Source: an uncultured virus (IMG/VR IMGVR_UViG_3300027741_000028)
Lineage: Duplodnaviria > Heunggongvirae > Uroviricota > Caudoviricetes
IMG/VR virus record: IMGVR_UViG_3300027741_000028
Length of the DNA: 64,000 bases
Reading direction: 5' to 3' (one strand)
Shown here piece after piece: positions 45,900 to 56,270 of this stretch. The position numbers were made by a program, and so were the translations under genes. The notes beneath the pieces were generated by a model that searched no databases, was not told the DNA's origin, and saw only the letters and a program-made list of their open reading frames with translations. Position 1 is the first letter of the stretch; each line of letters starts with the position of its first letter.

Positions 45900-46715
45900 T
45901 TAACCAATAATAACAGGAGAGTCTATAGAATTTTCATCTATATCATTAGGTTCTCTAGAACAACATAATAAAACATTTAGACCATTAATATCTCTCATGT
46001 GTGTTTTAAAATCCAAACCAAATTTATTGTGTTCTCTGATATGTTCTAATGTTTTAGTAATATACCATAAACGATTATTGATATGACATAGAAATGCTTT
46101 ATTTGAACCTATTGCAAACATAACCCAATCTTTGTTCTCATATAAAAACCGTAACGTAGCACTGTTAATACCTGGATATTCTGGATCAGAATAGTCATCG
46201 ACAACAATCACACCATCTTTAGACATTTTGGTACTAAAGTTTTTTAGGTCATTATATACAGCCATATCTTCATGACAACCATCAATATGTAACAAACGTA
46301 ATGGTTTATTAAATTCAATTGTATCTGTTGTCAATTTAGTTGTATCTTGTAATCTCCATTCAATATTCTCTGATGTGCCATACTCTTTAAGATTACTTTC
46401 AGTCAATCCATTTTCAAAATATATATCATACAAATACAATCTATCAGTAATTGGTCTATAATTAGAAAGAGCAATTGCACTTCTTCCAAAAGCCACACCA
46501 ATTTCACAGATATCACCTTCAATATTTTTTTGGATATCTTTCATAATCATATGAATCAAAGCATGGTCATGTACATATAACCATCCTCTAACTTGTTTCT
46601 CAACAACATTTTGATAATAAACAAGATTATTTACAATGTTCCAACTTGGTTCATATTTTTGAATTTGATGTTGTACAGTATTACTATCTGTATTAAATGT
46701 AATTATTTCACTCAT
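45900..46715 (-). CDS. Class I SAM methyltransferase (Methyltransf_24-like)
   Basis: CEIGVAFGRS, LHIDGCH, GVIVVDDY. Confidence 0.85.
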   Translation of the reverse strand: MSEIITFNTDSNTVQHQIQKYEPSWNIVNNLVYYQNVVEKQVRGWLYVHDHALIHMIMKDIQKNIEGDICEIGVAFGRSAIALSNYRPITDRLYLYDIYFENGLTESNLKEYGTSENIEWRLQDTTKLTTDTIEFNKPLRLLHIDGCHEDMAVYNDLKNFSTKMSKDGVIVVDDYSDPEYPGINSATLRFLYENKDWVMFAIGSNKAFLCHINNRLWYITKTLEHIREHNKFGLDFKTHMRDINGLNVLLCCSREPNDIDENSIDSPVIIG

Positions 46716-48430
46716 TTTGCAATCCTTGAAAAATTGTTTTTCTTTTCAAACTTAATAATAGACCTAAACTTGTCAAAGAGTTGGTCACCTTTGTGGGAAA
46801 TAACAAACACATTTGTATCTGTACCCATTTCATTAATCAACTTTAGAAATTCTTCCGTACCAACGGTATCTAAACTTGAATCAAACACTTCATCCAATAT
46901 CAATAGGTTCGTATTGGTAGAATTCTTTAACTTAGCAATCTGTCTCCATGTAAACAACAGAGCCAAGTCAATACGCATCTTCTCACCTTCAGAAAAATTG
47001 GCATAAGAGAATTCATCACGGTGTCTACTCTTAATTGTTTCTTCAAAGTTTTCGTTGATGTTGAAGTTGACAAAGAAGTCCATGGCAGTCAGATACTTAT
47101 TAATCAACTTGTTCATAATCGGCAGATACTGTTTAATGATTCTGGTTTTAATACCACCATCTTTCAATAACGTACCTGCAAATTCATGGTAATGTTTCTC
47201 GGATAACTGTTCTTTGTATAATTGATTATAAGTTTCAAGTTCTTGTTTAAGTTCAGTTAACTTTTGGTCAGCACCCTCTGTATCAACACCTTTTTTGGTC
47301 AACTCATCTATCTCATCATTTAATTTGGTAATATAACTACTGATGGCAGATATGGTAGAATTGTGTTTGATGACTTCACCATTGTGTTCATTGATATGAG
47401 TAAGAATATTGGTGATTGATGTTACTTCATCAGTTACCTTTTTTAGTTCTTCTTCAATCTCCTGGAGGCCAGTTCTCTGTGTAGTAATTTTCTCTGTCTT
47501 TTCTTTAACTTGAGAATCTTTCCATTCAGGTGTAATTGATTGTTTACAGGTAGGACAGTCGTGATTGCTTTCATAAAACTGAATCTCCTTTTCATTTCTA
47601 TCAATATTGGTTTGAACCTTACCTTTGATTTGAAATAAACCCTTGGCTTTCTTGTCAAGTTTTTCTTTCTTGTCACCAACTTTGCTTTGCAATATTGAAA
47701 CGTGTCTGTTTATCTTTTCAACATCATTTTGTAATGCACTCATTTGCCTTTTTGATTCACCAATCTGTGCCAGTTTTCGGCCAATCTCTGCATCATTGTT
47801 CTTTTTATTTTCTTCAATGTTCTGCATCTGTAGATTGATTTTTTCTTCTACAAGTTTGATATCATATTTTGATTTGGTGATACCATCTTTTAGTGCCGAC
47901 ATTTTTTCTTTGACAATGGCATTCATTGACGAGAATATTTGTATGTCTAATAAATCTTCAATGATGGTTCTACGGTCAGCGGCAGATAGTTGCATGAACG
48001 GTACAAAGGATGCTGAACCAAGAATGACAACTTGCGTGAAGGATTTATAATTTAACTTGAGAATATTCTTCTCTAAAACCTCTTGGTAATCCTTTGAAGC
48101 TGCATCTTGATTCAGCAATACATCGTTCAGGTATATTTCAAACACATTCGGTTTAATACCACGAATAACTTTATATTTCTTTTGACCAATATGAAACTCA
48201 ACCTCAACCACAGCATCTTTGCCATTGATAGAATTTAATAGTTGTGGTTTGTTAATCTTACGAAATGGTTTACCAAATAAACCGAAACACAAAGCATCCA
48301 GAATAGTGGATTTACCTGCACCATTCTGGCCAATAATTAATGTGTTGGTGGATTTAGTGAAATTAATTTCTGTAAATGCCGCACCTGTGGAAAGAAAATT
48401 CTTCCATCTAATCTTTTGAAATAATATCAT
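46712..48430 (-). CDS. gp46: Recombination endonuclease ATPase subunit (SbcC/Rad50-like)
   Basis: GQNGAGKS, CPTC hook, FSEGEK, LDEVFD. Confidence 0.97.
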   Translation of the reverse strand: MILFQKIRWKNFLSTGAAFTEINFTKSTNTLIIGQNGAGKSTILDALCFGLFGKPFRKINKPQLLNSINGKDAVVEVEFHIGQKKYKVIRGIKPNVFEIYLNDVLLNQDAASKDYQEVLEKNILKLNYKSFTQVVILGSASFVPFMQLSAADRRTIIEDLLDIQIFSSMNAIVKEKMSALKDGITKSKYDIKLVEEKINLQMQNIEENKKNNDAEIGRKLAQIGESKRQMSALQNDVEKINRHVSILQSKVGDKKEKLDKKAKGLFQIKGKVQTNIDRNEKEIQFYESNHDCPTCKQSITPEWKDSQVKEKTEKITTQRTGLQEIEEELKKVTDEVTSITNILTHINEHNGEVIKHNSTISAISSYITKLNDEIDELTKKGVDTEGADQKLTELKQELETYNQLYKEQLSEKHYHEFAGTLLKDGGIKTRIIKQYLPIMNKLINKYLTAMDFFVNFNINENFEETIKSRHRDEFSYANFSEGEKMRIDLALLFTWRQIAKLKNSTNTNLLILDEVFDSSLDTVGTEEFLKLINEMGTDTNVFVISHKGDQLFDKFRSIIKFEKKNNFSRIAK

Positions 48431-49509
48431 GCTTGTTCAGTATTCAATGCCTCTACGTAGAGTTCTTTCAATAATGTTTTCAATTTATCGTTGTTGATGC
48501 CATCATCTTTAATTGTTTCCACATACTTGTTCAGTGTGGTCAATGTATCTTCAGCTTGGTCTAACATATCATCATCAACACCTTCCATAAGGTCAGTGAA
48601 ATCTTCTGCTATGGTGACATCTACAGGATTGACATTATAAAGGTTACTCATCATTTTGTCAAACAAATATGGGTTGGTCTTGTTAATTACTACCACCTTA
48701 ACATACTTGCCAGTATATTGAGATAAATCTATATTGTTAATTTCTGTGATGGTATCTTTCTTGTCATCATATGTAATACGATGGAACATTTTATTTGGAT
48801 TCTTTATGAATTCAAGTGTACGCCCATCCAAATCAAATATGTGAAAACCCCTATCGTCATTATAATCTTGCCAAGTAAGTTCATACGGGTTTCCCAAATA
48901 AAATATACCATCATTGTTGGACCTATGATGATAATGGCCAGAAAAAGTATATTCAAACTTCCTGAATAGAGCACGGTCTAGTCCTTCATGTGATGGCATA
49001 CCACGATACATGGCAAACCCAGCAACTTCTAAATGACCCATACATATTGTGGCTGAGGTGTTCTTAACTTCTTCCATGGAACGTTCATAGTTATCGGCAC
49101 ATATCCATGGCAACATACAAACATCATATGTTGTATCTTCATACTTCAAATGTATGGTCTGTGGAGAATCAATCACGGTAATGTTATCATACTCACGTAA
49201 CAATAAATCAACCGAATTCACATCATTGGTATTTTTAAAGTAAGTATCATGATTACCAGCCAACATATGAACCTCAATGCCCATTTGATGTAATGGATCA
49301 AAGAACATTTGTTTTGTTTTCTTTAGTGTAAAGAAGTTTACATATTTGCGTCTATCAAAAGTATCACCAAGAATAAGAACAGTGCGAATTCCGGCAGCCT
49401 GTATATTAGGAAAGAATACTTCGTCATAAAATTTTTCATAGAAATCCAAAAAGTGTGTGGAATCATTCCTTGCACCGAAATGAGTATCGGTAATTATTGC
49501 TACTTTCAT
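48427..49509 (-). CDS. gp47: Recombination endonuclease nuclease subunit (SbcD/Mre11-like)
   Basis: TDTHFG, LGDTFD, GNHD, SGHYH. Confidence 0.97.
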   Translation of the reverse strand: MKVAIITDTHFGARNDSTHFLDFYEKFYDEVFFPNIQAAGIRTVLILGDTFDRRKYVNFFTLKKTKQMFFDPLHQMGIEVHMLAGNHDTYFKNTNDVNSVDLLLREYDNITVIDSPQTIHLKYEDTTYDVCMLPWICADNYERSMEEVKNTSATICMGHLEVAGFAMYRGMPSHEGLDRALFRKFEYTFSGHYHHRSNNDGIFYLGNPYELTWQDYNDDRGFHIFDLDGRTLEFIKNPNKMFHRITYDDKKDTITEINNIDLSQYTGKYVKVVVINKTNPYLFDKMMSNLYNVNPVDVTIAEDFTDLMEGVDDDMLDQAEDTLTTLNKYVETIKDDGINNDKLKTLLKELYVEALNTEQA

Positions 49510-49922
49510 TTTGCCTTTTCAATATCTAAAACACGTTGACGTAATTCAGTAGTACTAAAACTATGTTGTCTACTATTGAAATATACAGATATAGGTAAAT
49601 TATACCCAGTGAATTGTTTATCTCTATATTCTTCACCAACGATTCTAACATCAATTGGATAAGAAGTCAATATGTCCATCAATTCTTTTTCAGTGGCATA
49701 TGGTATAATTTCATCAACAAACTTACAAGCCTGTACCTGTATAAATCTTTCCAATACTGTTTGTACAGGTTTGTTTTTAACACCAGGTCTATCAATCGTA
49801 GGATCAATCTGTAAACCTACAATTAAATGGTCACATTGAGTCTTTGCCTCTTTTAACATCATCACATGACCTGCATGGAACAAATCAAATGTGGAACAAG
49901 TAAATCCAACTTTCATAATCAC
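49506..49922 (-). CDS. tagD: Glycerol-3-phosphate cytidylyltransferase-like
   Basis: FDLFHAGH, LIVGL, R.HSFSTTELR. Confidence 0.85.
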   Translation of the reverse strand: MIMKVGFTCSTFDLFHAGHVMMLKEAKTQCDHLIVGLQIDPTIDRPGVKNKPVQTVLERFIQVQACKFVDEIIPYATEKELMDILTSYPIDVRIVGEEYRDKQFTGYNLPISVYFNSRQHSFSTTELRQRVLDIEKAK

Positions 49923-50464
49923 TCCTCAATAAATTTTTCAAGGCCTTTTGATTTCTTCAAGGCGTCCTTCTCTGCCTTTTTTGCTGTTCTGGCATCTTCA
50001 TATGTTTCTATAAACTCGGCAATATTGTCATAGAGTTCAAATTGCCTTGTAGAACCATCTTCAGATTCCATCATTTCAAATTCATCCAGAATACCATACA
50101 TCTCTGTGGCTTTATACTTGACGTATAGTTGTTTCTTTTCTTTTTGTATTCGGCGTAGGAATGCAAAGTAAATTATCTGTGTGAAGTATGCAAATGGGTT
50201 GGAAGATTTTGTTTCATCAAAGTTTTCAAAGTACATGAGACAGTTCTCAATACCATCCGAAATCATTTCATCTCGGTAACTGTAGTTGATAAAGTTTGGT
50301 TTGTGAGATAAACCTTCCGCAATCTTCATCCAGCATTCACCGATGTAGTTTGGTATCTTAGGTTTTGGTGTATTTTCTTTTTCGGCAATTGCACAAGATG
50401 CCTTGTAATCCGTTAAGGCCTTTAGAAAATCTTGATTATTAATATAATGTTTAGGTTTACTCAT
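49919..50464 (-). CDS. gp55: Late-transcription sigma factor
   Basis: HYINN..FL, KPNFINYSYRDEMISDGIENC, NPFAYFTQI. Confidence 0.97.
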   Translation of the reverse strand: MSKPKHYINNQDFLKALTDYKASCAIAEKENTPKPKIPNYIGECWMKIAEGLSHKPNFINYSYRDEMISDGIENCLMYFENFDETKSSNPFAYFTQIIYFAFLRRIQKEKKQLYVKYKATEMYGILDEFEMMESEDGSTRQFELYDNIAEFIETYEDARTAKKAEKDALKKSKGLEKFIEE

Positions 50465-50537
50465 TCAAATGTACCATAAAAAGTTGTTGACAAAGGGCTT
50501 GACAAATGTTATATTTCGTATGTAGCCCCCATGATGT

Positions 50538-50912
50538 TTAGTGTAATTTTAAGTTCTTTGTATTATCCATTTCATCCAAAGCACTTAAAACCTCCAGCAT
50601 ATATTCCTTTTCTTCATCAGTAGAAGCATTCTTCTTTTTCTCAAGTGAGCCATTTACTTTCTCCACGGTAGTGTGAAAATACTCTTTAAAGTCATCACTT
50701 GGTTCCATAATACAAAGAATATCTTCCCACTTAACAGAAGCACGATTCTCTTTAATCATGGCAATTGGAAGCCATTGTTGCATTACCAGATTCATGTTTC
50801 TTACTTCAAACATCATAGGTTCTTTGACCTCGACTACCTCATTATTCTGGCTATCAAAATAACAAATAACATCAAGCCCATCTTTGAATCTAACAATCTT
50901 TACTTCATCCAT
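50538..50912 (-). CDS. Sm-like-fold hypothetical protein
   Basis: KIVRFKDG.DVIC, EPM, QWLP; between uvsW and gp55. Confidence 0.6.
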   Translation of the reverse strand: MDEVKIVRFKDGLDVICYFDSQNNEVVEVKEPMMFEVRNMNLVMQQWLPIAMIKENRASVKWEDILCIMEPSDDFKEYFHTTVEKVNGSLEKKKNASTDEEKEYMLEVLSALDEMDNTKNLKLH

Positions 50913-52398
50913 TTTTAAGTCCTATGTTGTAAATCTTAAAAGAAAAATTTTCTTCATTATAAATTTTCACCCTCTCAACAAAATGTTTTAACGTGAAGTT
51001 CATATGTTTTTTATATCTCATATCATCTGCAATATCATACAAAGTAGCCATTTCTTTGCCTTCACTTTGTCTTAGTCCTCGTCCAATAGACTGGAGGTTT
51101 CGTACTCTACTTTTGCTAGGCGAAGCAAAAATAACGTTGTGCAAGTTCCGAATATTAATACCGGTACTGAAAGTACCAAAAGAAGCAACAACAATAGCAT
51201 CATTTTCTATCTCCATAATTCTACGGACTTCCTCTCGGTCATCCGTGTCTACTTTACCATGTATAAAAAAGACCTTACGGCCGTTAGCTTTTTCTAATAT
51301 ATCATTATAAAGGATTTGACCATGTTTTTCAACCATTTGATATAATATAAGTGTATTCGTACCTAAACTAATTGCAAGATTTCTAATAAACCTATTTCTA
51401 TTTTGATTTGAAATTAAATATTCTATTTCTTCTTGGTACGTTGCATCTTTCATTCTTTCTACCACATCATCTGGATGCCTTAATACCAGACATTTAATTT
51501 GAAAGTCAGACAATTGTTTGTTGTCAATCAATTCTTTTGTGGTGATAACTTTTTCTACTGCACCAAATAGACCTTCAAGTACCAGTTTATGTGTTTTGGT
51601 GCCGTCTAAAGTACCAGTTAATCCAATTCTATATTTAGTTTTATTGGCTGAAGTCATTATGGTTGTAAGAGACTGTGCTTTGAACAGATGTGCTTCGTCA
51701 CCAATTACATAATCAAATTGTTCAAAGTAACTGGCTGGCATCGTATATAATGACTGCCATGTGGAAATAATTAATGGTTTATCAGATACTTTATCTTTGC
51801 CTTGATAAATTCTATGCACTGCATCTTCAACCAGAAAACCATTGTGTGATGAATAGTCTGCAAAGTCAGAATACAGTTGTTCCACCAAGGAAGTCGTAGG
51901 AACGATTATAAGGCCTTTGAGATTCTGATAGTCTAGTAGTTGTCTGAACAACAAATAAATGATTAAGGACTTACCTGAGGCGGTTGGAGACAACAATAAT
52001 GCTCTACGATGTTGTATCGCATGAATGAAAGCATTACGTTGATGGTCTCTAACCTGAATTGGTTTGCCTTGTGAGTGTAGATTCAATGACTCCGCAAACT
52101 TGTTGAAGTGATATATGGAGTATTCATCTTGTAATTTGATGTCGCCCCAATCAATAAAGTATTGTCGTTCATCTGCAAACTCTTGTAAGTAACTGGTAAG
52201 TCCAAGATATAACTGTTGTGTCTGTAGATTGAAAAGACGTATCTTGCCGTCCCAAATTTTATTTCTAAATGCTGGAACAAACTGGTGACCAGGAACAAAG
52301 AATGTAAAGTATTCTGATAACTCTCTTGCCACATCTCGTTCACAAGTTATCTTGGCATACACCTCGTCTTTTTTAACAATAACAATATCACTGTCCAT
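50905..52398 (-). CDS. uvsW: DNA helicase UvsW
   Basis: WDGKIRLF, SPTASGKS, GDEAH, QSIGRGLR. Confidence 0.96.
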   Translation of the reverse strand: MDSDIVIVKKDEVYAKITCERDVARELSEYFTFFVPGHQFVPAFRNKIWDGKIRLFNLQTQQLYLGLTSYLQEFADERQYFIDWGDIKLQDEYSIYHFNKFAESLNLHSQGKPIQVRDHQRNAFIHAIQHRRALLLSPTASGKSLIIYLLFRQLLDYQNLKGLIIVPTTSLVEQLYSDFADYSSHNGFLVEDAVHRIYQGKDKVSDKPLIISTWQSLYTMPASYFEQFDYVIGDEAHLFKAQSLTTIMTSANKTKYRIGLTGTLDGTKTHKLVLEGLFGAVEKVITTKELIDNKQLSDFQIKCLVLRHPDDVVERMKDATYQEEIEYLISNQNRNRFIRNLAISLGTNTLILYQMVEKHGQILYNDILEKANGRKVFFIHGKVDTDDREEVRRIMEIENDAIVVASFGTFSTGINIRNLHNVIFASPSKSRVRNLQSIGRGLRQSEGKEMATLYDIADDMRYKKHMNFTLKHFVERVKIYNEENFSFKIYNIGLKNG

Positions 52399-52822
52399 TT
52401 ACAAATTTTTCCCATGAAATAAAATCTCTTAACTGCCACGTTCTTTGTTTGAGTTCAGACATAATAGATTCAACAACCGATATGGCTTCTTCGTGGTAGA
52501 CTTTCTTTTCCAACAGTTTGATTAAATCACCGTCAGCTTCTAAGTATGTATTAATGTCAGATTTCAATGCAAACTGAAATGGTTCCCATCCATATTCATC
52601 CAGTTCTTCTTTAGACATTTTACCAGTAAAGTATTCCCATTTAATCTTACGCATACGTAGATAATCAAAGTGAGCCTTTTTTGATGCAATCTTATGTTTG
52701 GTTAGAATGTTTAGATATTTACTGTGCAAGACAGGTATCTTTAGTAGTTCTTTACTGGGTTCTGTTTGATCCATATTTGAATCTGTGTCCCAGTATTTTA
52801 ATATTTGTTCAAGATTTTCCAT
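52388..52822 (-). CDS. uvsY: Recombination mediator UvsY
   Basis: IP.LHSKYL, WEYFTGK, YL.AD.DL, R.WQ...I.W.KF. Confidence 0.92.
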   Translation of the reverse strand: MENLEQILKYWDTDSNMDQTEPSKELLKIPVLHSKYLNILTKHKIASKKAHFDYLRMRKIKWEYFTGKMSKEELDEYGWEPFQFALKSDINTYLEADGDLIKLLEKKVYHEEAISVVESIMSELKQRTWQLRDFISWEKFVNGQ

Positions 52823-52849
52823 AATTATTCAAAGTGGCAATAAAGTTAC

Positions 52850-52878
52850 ATTATAACATATTAATATTAAGCTGTCAA
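52850..52878 (-). promoter_or_regulatory. Sigma70-type promoter for uvsY operon
   Basis: TTGACA-N17-TATAAT with extended TG. Confidence 0.78.
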
Positions 52879-53379
52879 GTAATTATATGATTCGTACCTA
52901 AAAGATGCCGAAACAGTTATAATATTATCGGCAGATGATTTAGTATCAAAATTAATATCACCTAAGGTTATTGGAAATAAATTTCTAAAATTAATTTTAA
53001 TCAAAGGATTATTCAAATTGGATAGAACAGTTAAAGTGGCATCAGAAAAATGTTCACTCCTTTGTAATTCTTCTTTGTAACTTCTTTTTTCAAACCCATC
53101 CGGATCAGCAATTGAAATGAACCAATCATATAAATTTTTCCAAGATTTCATTTCCTCATCAATTACAAATTCAATATCCAATAAACCATAATCCAATTTG
53201 GTACCAGGAGAATACATGTCCAAAAATGGAGTGGCACGTATAACTTCACCCAATTTTATAGATGGTATATTAACAGACTGACAAAAATAAACTACTGTAT
53301 TGATTCGTTTGAATGACAACAGATATTTTGTTGGTTGTAATAGATTTGTATTTTGTGGATTTCTGTTTTTTACTGACAT
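52867..53379 (-). CDS. gp3: Tail completion and sheath stabiliser
   Basis: N.LQPT, FCQSVNIP, SDATL.VL, FP..L; downstream of gp23. Confidence 0.85.
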   Translation of the reverse strand: MSVKNRNPQNTNLLQPTKYLLSFKRINTVVYFCQSVNIPSIKLGEVIRATPFLDMYSPGTKLDYGLLDIEFVIDEEMKSWKNLYDWFISIADPDGFEKRSYKEELQRSEHFSDATLTVLSNLNNPLIKINFRNLFPITLGDINFDTKSSADNIITVSASFRYESYNYLTA

Positions 53380-53407
53380 ATTATCTCCTCTATACTATTT
53401 AGGAGCC

Positions 53408-53433
53408 AAAAAAAAGGACCCCGAAGGGTCCTT
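53408..53433 (-). terminator. Intrinsic terminator after major capsid gene
   Basis: GGACC-CTTCGG-GGTCC-T8 (UUCG loop). Confidence 0.9.
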
Positions 53434-53462
53434 CTTAAGCACCACTCTGCGGTGGCTTCGTA

Positions 53463-54812
53463 TTACATCAAGTTTGTAACTTTGAAAATACGGTAGTAGA
53501 CGTTGCTACGTGCGTTCAATGCACCGTTACCAGTTGTCAAACCAGTTGCGAATGGGTTTGCAACCATTCCGTAACGAGTCTTGAATCCAATTTTTGGTTG
53601 GAATGTGTACTGGTCAACTGCACGAACCATTTGTAGAGGAACGTATGGGCAGTAGAAAATACCTGCGTCATAAGGTGATGAACCTTTGTAACCAATTGTA
53701 ACCAATTCTTGGTTAGCTGTATAACCACCGAAGTATGGGTCAATATAGACCTTGATACGACCGTGTAACAAACCAGCGAATGTGTTGCCTGTATCGTCAA
53801 CTTGCAAGTCAGCTTGTAGAGCAGGTGTATATTGTAGAACACCAGCCATTGCCATAGCGGAAGCAACGTCAGATGATACAATCATCACGTTACCTTTGCC
53901 ACGACGTGTTTGTTTTGCAATAACGTTAGCATCACGTTCAATTTGGAAAATCAAACCTTTGAAACGTTCAACAGACCAACGACCGTTAGAGTCAGTGTCT
54001 AAGTCGAATGTACCAGCAGTTGTAGTACCGTATTGAGCACCGGTAACAGCAGTTGCGTAGATTGTACGAATAACTTCACGGTTGATTTCAGCTAAAATTT
54101 CTGTAGATAGAATGTTTGACAATTCTGTTTCAGCATCCAAACCATGGATTGCTTTCAAGTCTTGTGCTAATTCTAGTGAGTATTCAGCCTTCAAAGCACG
54201 TGATTGAGCAGTTACAGTAACTTTCTCAATTGTGAATGCCATTTGGTTGAATGGGTTAACAGCAGCATCAACACCTAATTGTTCAGCGTTAGCTGTAGTG
54301 ATACCAATACCAGTTGTGATAGAGTTAGCAGTAAAGTCTTGAACTGTGTTAGCGTTAACGTCAGAGTTGCTTAAACTTCCACGGAAACCATACAAGTTAG
54401 TTGATGAGTTAGCACCAGAGAACTGTGTATTTGCTTCGTTGAAGAATGCTTCGTTTGCGTTAGCTGTTGAACCAGATTGGTTGTTGTAACGAGCACGCAT
54501 TGCGAAAATCAAACCTGTTGGACCTGTCATTGGCTGAACGCCGCAAACATCATAAGCAATCAAGTTTGGTAGAGCACGGCGAACCAAGCTAATCAAGATT
54601 GGGTCGTAGTTAGAAACGCCACTAGCAATGTTTGTAGGTGCTGATGTGTATGCAGTTTCATTCAAAGCTTGTGCATCTTGTTGCATAGCTTGTTGTTGGT
54701 TTTCCAAAACAAGAGCAGTAACTGCTTTCTTGTATGGATCTTTAATCGCTTCTAGTTCTGGATGTTCCAGAACTGGTTGCCATTTTTTCTGTAGTTCTTC
54801 TGTTAGATACAT
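53463..54812 (-). CDS. gp23: Major capsid protein
   Basis: KWQPVLEH, LVRR..PNLIAYD.CGVQPM.GPTG, SRALKAEYSLELAQDL, FQPKIGFKTRYG. Confidence 0.98.
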   Translation of the reverse strand: MYLTEELQKKWQPVLEHPELEAIKDPYKKAVTALVLENQQQAMQQDAQALNETAYTSAPTNIASGVSNYDPILISLVRRALPNLIAYDVCGVQPMTGPTGLIFAMRARYNNQSGSTANANEAFFNEANTQFSGANSSTNLYGFRGSLSNSDVNANTVQDFTANSITTGIGITTANAEQLGVDAAVNPFNQMAFTIEKVTVTAQSRALKAEYSLELAQDLKAIHGLDAETELSNILSTEILAEINREVIRTIYATAVTGAQYGTTTAGTFDLDTDSNGRWSVERFKGLIFQIERDANVIAKQTRRGKGNVMIVSSDVASAMAMAGVLQYTPALQADLQVDDTGNTFAGLLHGRIKVYIDPYFGGYTANQELVTIGYKGSSPYDAGIFYCPYVPLQMVRAVDQYTFQPKIGFKTRYGMVANPFATGLTTGNGALNARSNVYYRIFKVTNLM

Positions 54813-54852
54813 GAGTGTCTCCTTGTAAGTATCTTTTATTGGTAAATTTTAT

Positions 54853-56232
54853 TTATTTAACCAATGATTTAGAGATTGATTGTGCGTATTGAGCAATTGC
54901 AGGATCAGTAGAAACGAATTTCTTTTCTTCTTCTTCAACTGTAATTTCTTCATTTAATGCAGAACTATCGGCAGATTTCACTTGGTTCTCAAAATAAGAT
55001 TCTCTTATAGTAACAACTTTGTCTGCAAATTCTTCTTCTGAAGTAAATTCAACACTCTCTGCGAGTTGTTTCATTTTCTCCACTTGGGTCTGCGTTAGGC
55101 CTTCACATACTGCATGTATAGCCTCTGTTTTAATTTTTTCGTTTAATTCTTTTTTAAGTTGAATTGACGCATTGATTTGTTCATTCAAAGATTCTTCTAA
55201 TTCTTCTACACGGGTTGTCAATTCTTCAACAACGTTAACTTTTTCCTCTGGAATATCAATGTAGTGCTCTTCAAACAAACCTTTTAGGCCAGTGATAAAG
55301 TCTTCCACGATTTCTGCACGTAGACCTTTTTCAACTGCCAATTCATTTTCTTTCATCCATTCTTCAGCCATATAGTTCATGTAATCATCAACTTTGGTAG
55401 CCAAATCTTCTTTAACTTCTTCTACAGCTTCTTCAAACTGTTCGTACAATTCTGCTTGAATATCTTCCAAGATTGATTCTGTACGAAAAATAACGGCCGC
55501 TTCAAAAATTGTAGTTGCTTTGGAAACAAATTCTTCTGAAAGATTTTCATCACCTAATAGAGCGTGCATATCTTCTTTCATTTTTTCTTTCATTGTTTCT
55601 TTTTTCATTGTATCGGCTACCTTGGCAACTTCTTTTGACGCAGGCTTCTTTTTCTTGAACGCCGGGTAGCCAGATGTCTGTGTGTAAGCATTAGAGCTAT
55701 GATGCGGTATGTAAGCATTAGAGGCTTCTTGCATTTGTTCATCTTCCTCTTCTTCAAAGAATTCTTCATCATCAGATTCAACTTCTTCAGGAACATAAGG
55801 AGTCATTGCACCAGGATTTGGTTGCATTGTTTGTTTTGCCAACTTAGCTTTGATACGGTCACGAATATTTTCGTAAGATGATTCTGAACCTTGATGTGAA
55901 CCCATATCTTTTCCAGATCCTTCAGCATCACCGGCAGTATCTTGACCAGGCTGGTGTGCTAATTTCATTTTTGGTTGTTGACCAATAGGTGGTGTGGCTC
56001 CAGGTGGTGTTGCAGATGATACACCTTTTGAATATTCGGGTGCATCGTCATTAACATCGTTAGGTGCTGTGCCAATTTGTCCAACATCTTTTGTGCCATA
56101 AGCAACTGCTGGGTTTAGTCTTTGTGGTTTATCTTGGCCACCTCTTTTAGAAGAAACAGAAGAATCTAAATTCTCTTTTGCACCTTCAGTTAGAATTGCT
56201 TTAGCGGCTTCTGACAGATTAAATTTTGCCAT
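54853..56232 (-). CDS. gp22: Prohead core scaffold protein
   Basis: LSEEF..KATTIFEAAV, KVDDY.NY..EEW..EN; start MAKFN with AAGGAG SD. Confidence 0.92.
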   Translation of the reverse strand: MAKFNLSEAAKAILTEGAKENLDSSVSSKRGGQDKPQRLNPAVAYGTKDVGQIGTAPNDVNDDAPEYSKGVSSATPPGATPPIGQQPKMKLAHQPGQDTAGDAEGSGKDMGSHQGSESSYENIRDRIKAKLAKQTMQPNPGAMTPYVPEEVESDDEEFFEEEEDEQMQEASNAYIPHHSSNAYTQTSGYPAFKKKKPASKEVAKVADTMKKETMKEKMKEDMHALLGDENLSEEFVSKATTIFEAAVIFRTESILEDIQAELYEQFEEAVEEVKEDLATKVDDYMNYMAEEWMKENELAVEKGLRAEIVEDFITGLKGLFEEHYIDIPEEKVNVVEELTTRVEELEESLNEQINASIQLKKELNEKIKTEAIHAVCEGLTQTQVEKMKQLAESVEFTSEEEFADKVVTIRESYFENQVKSADSSALNEEITVEEEEKKFVSTDPAIAQYAQSISKSLVK

Positions 56233-56270
56233 TTTGAAAATCTCCTTGATTTTATATTGGATATTTATAA

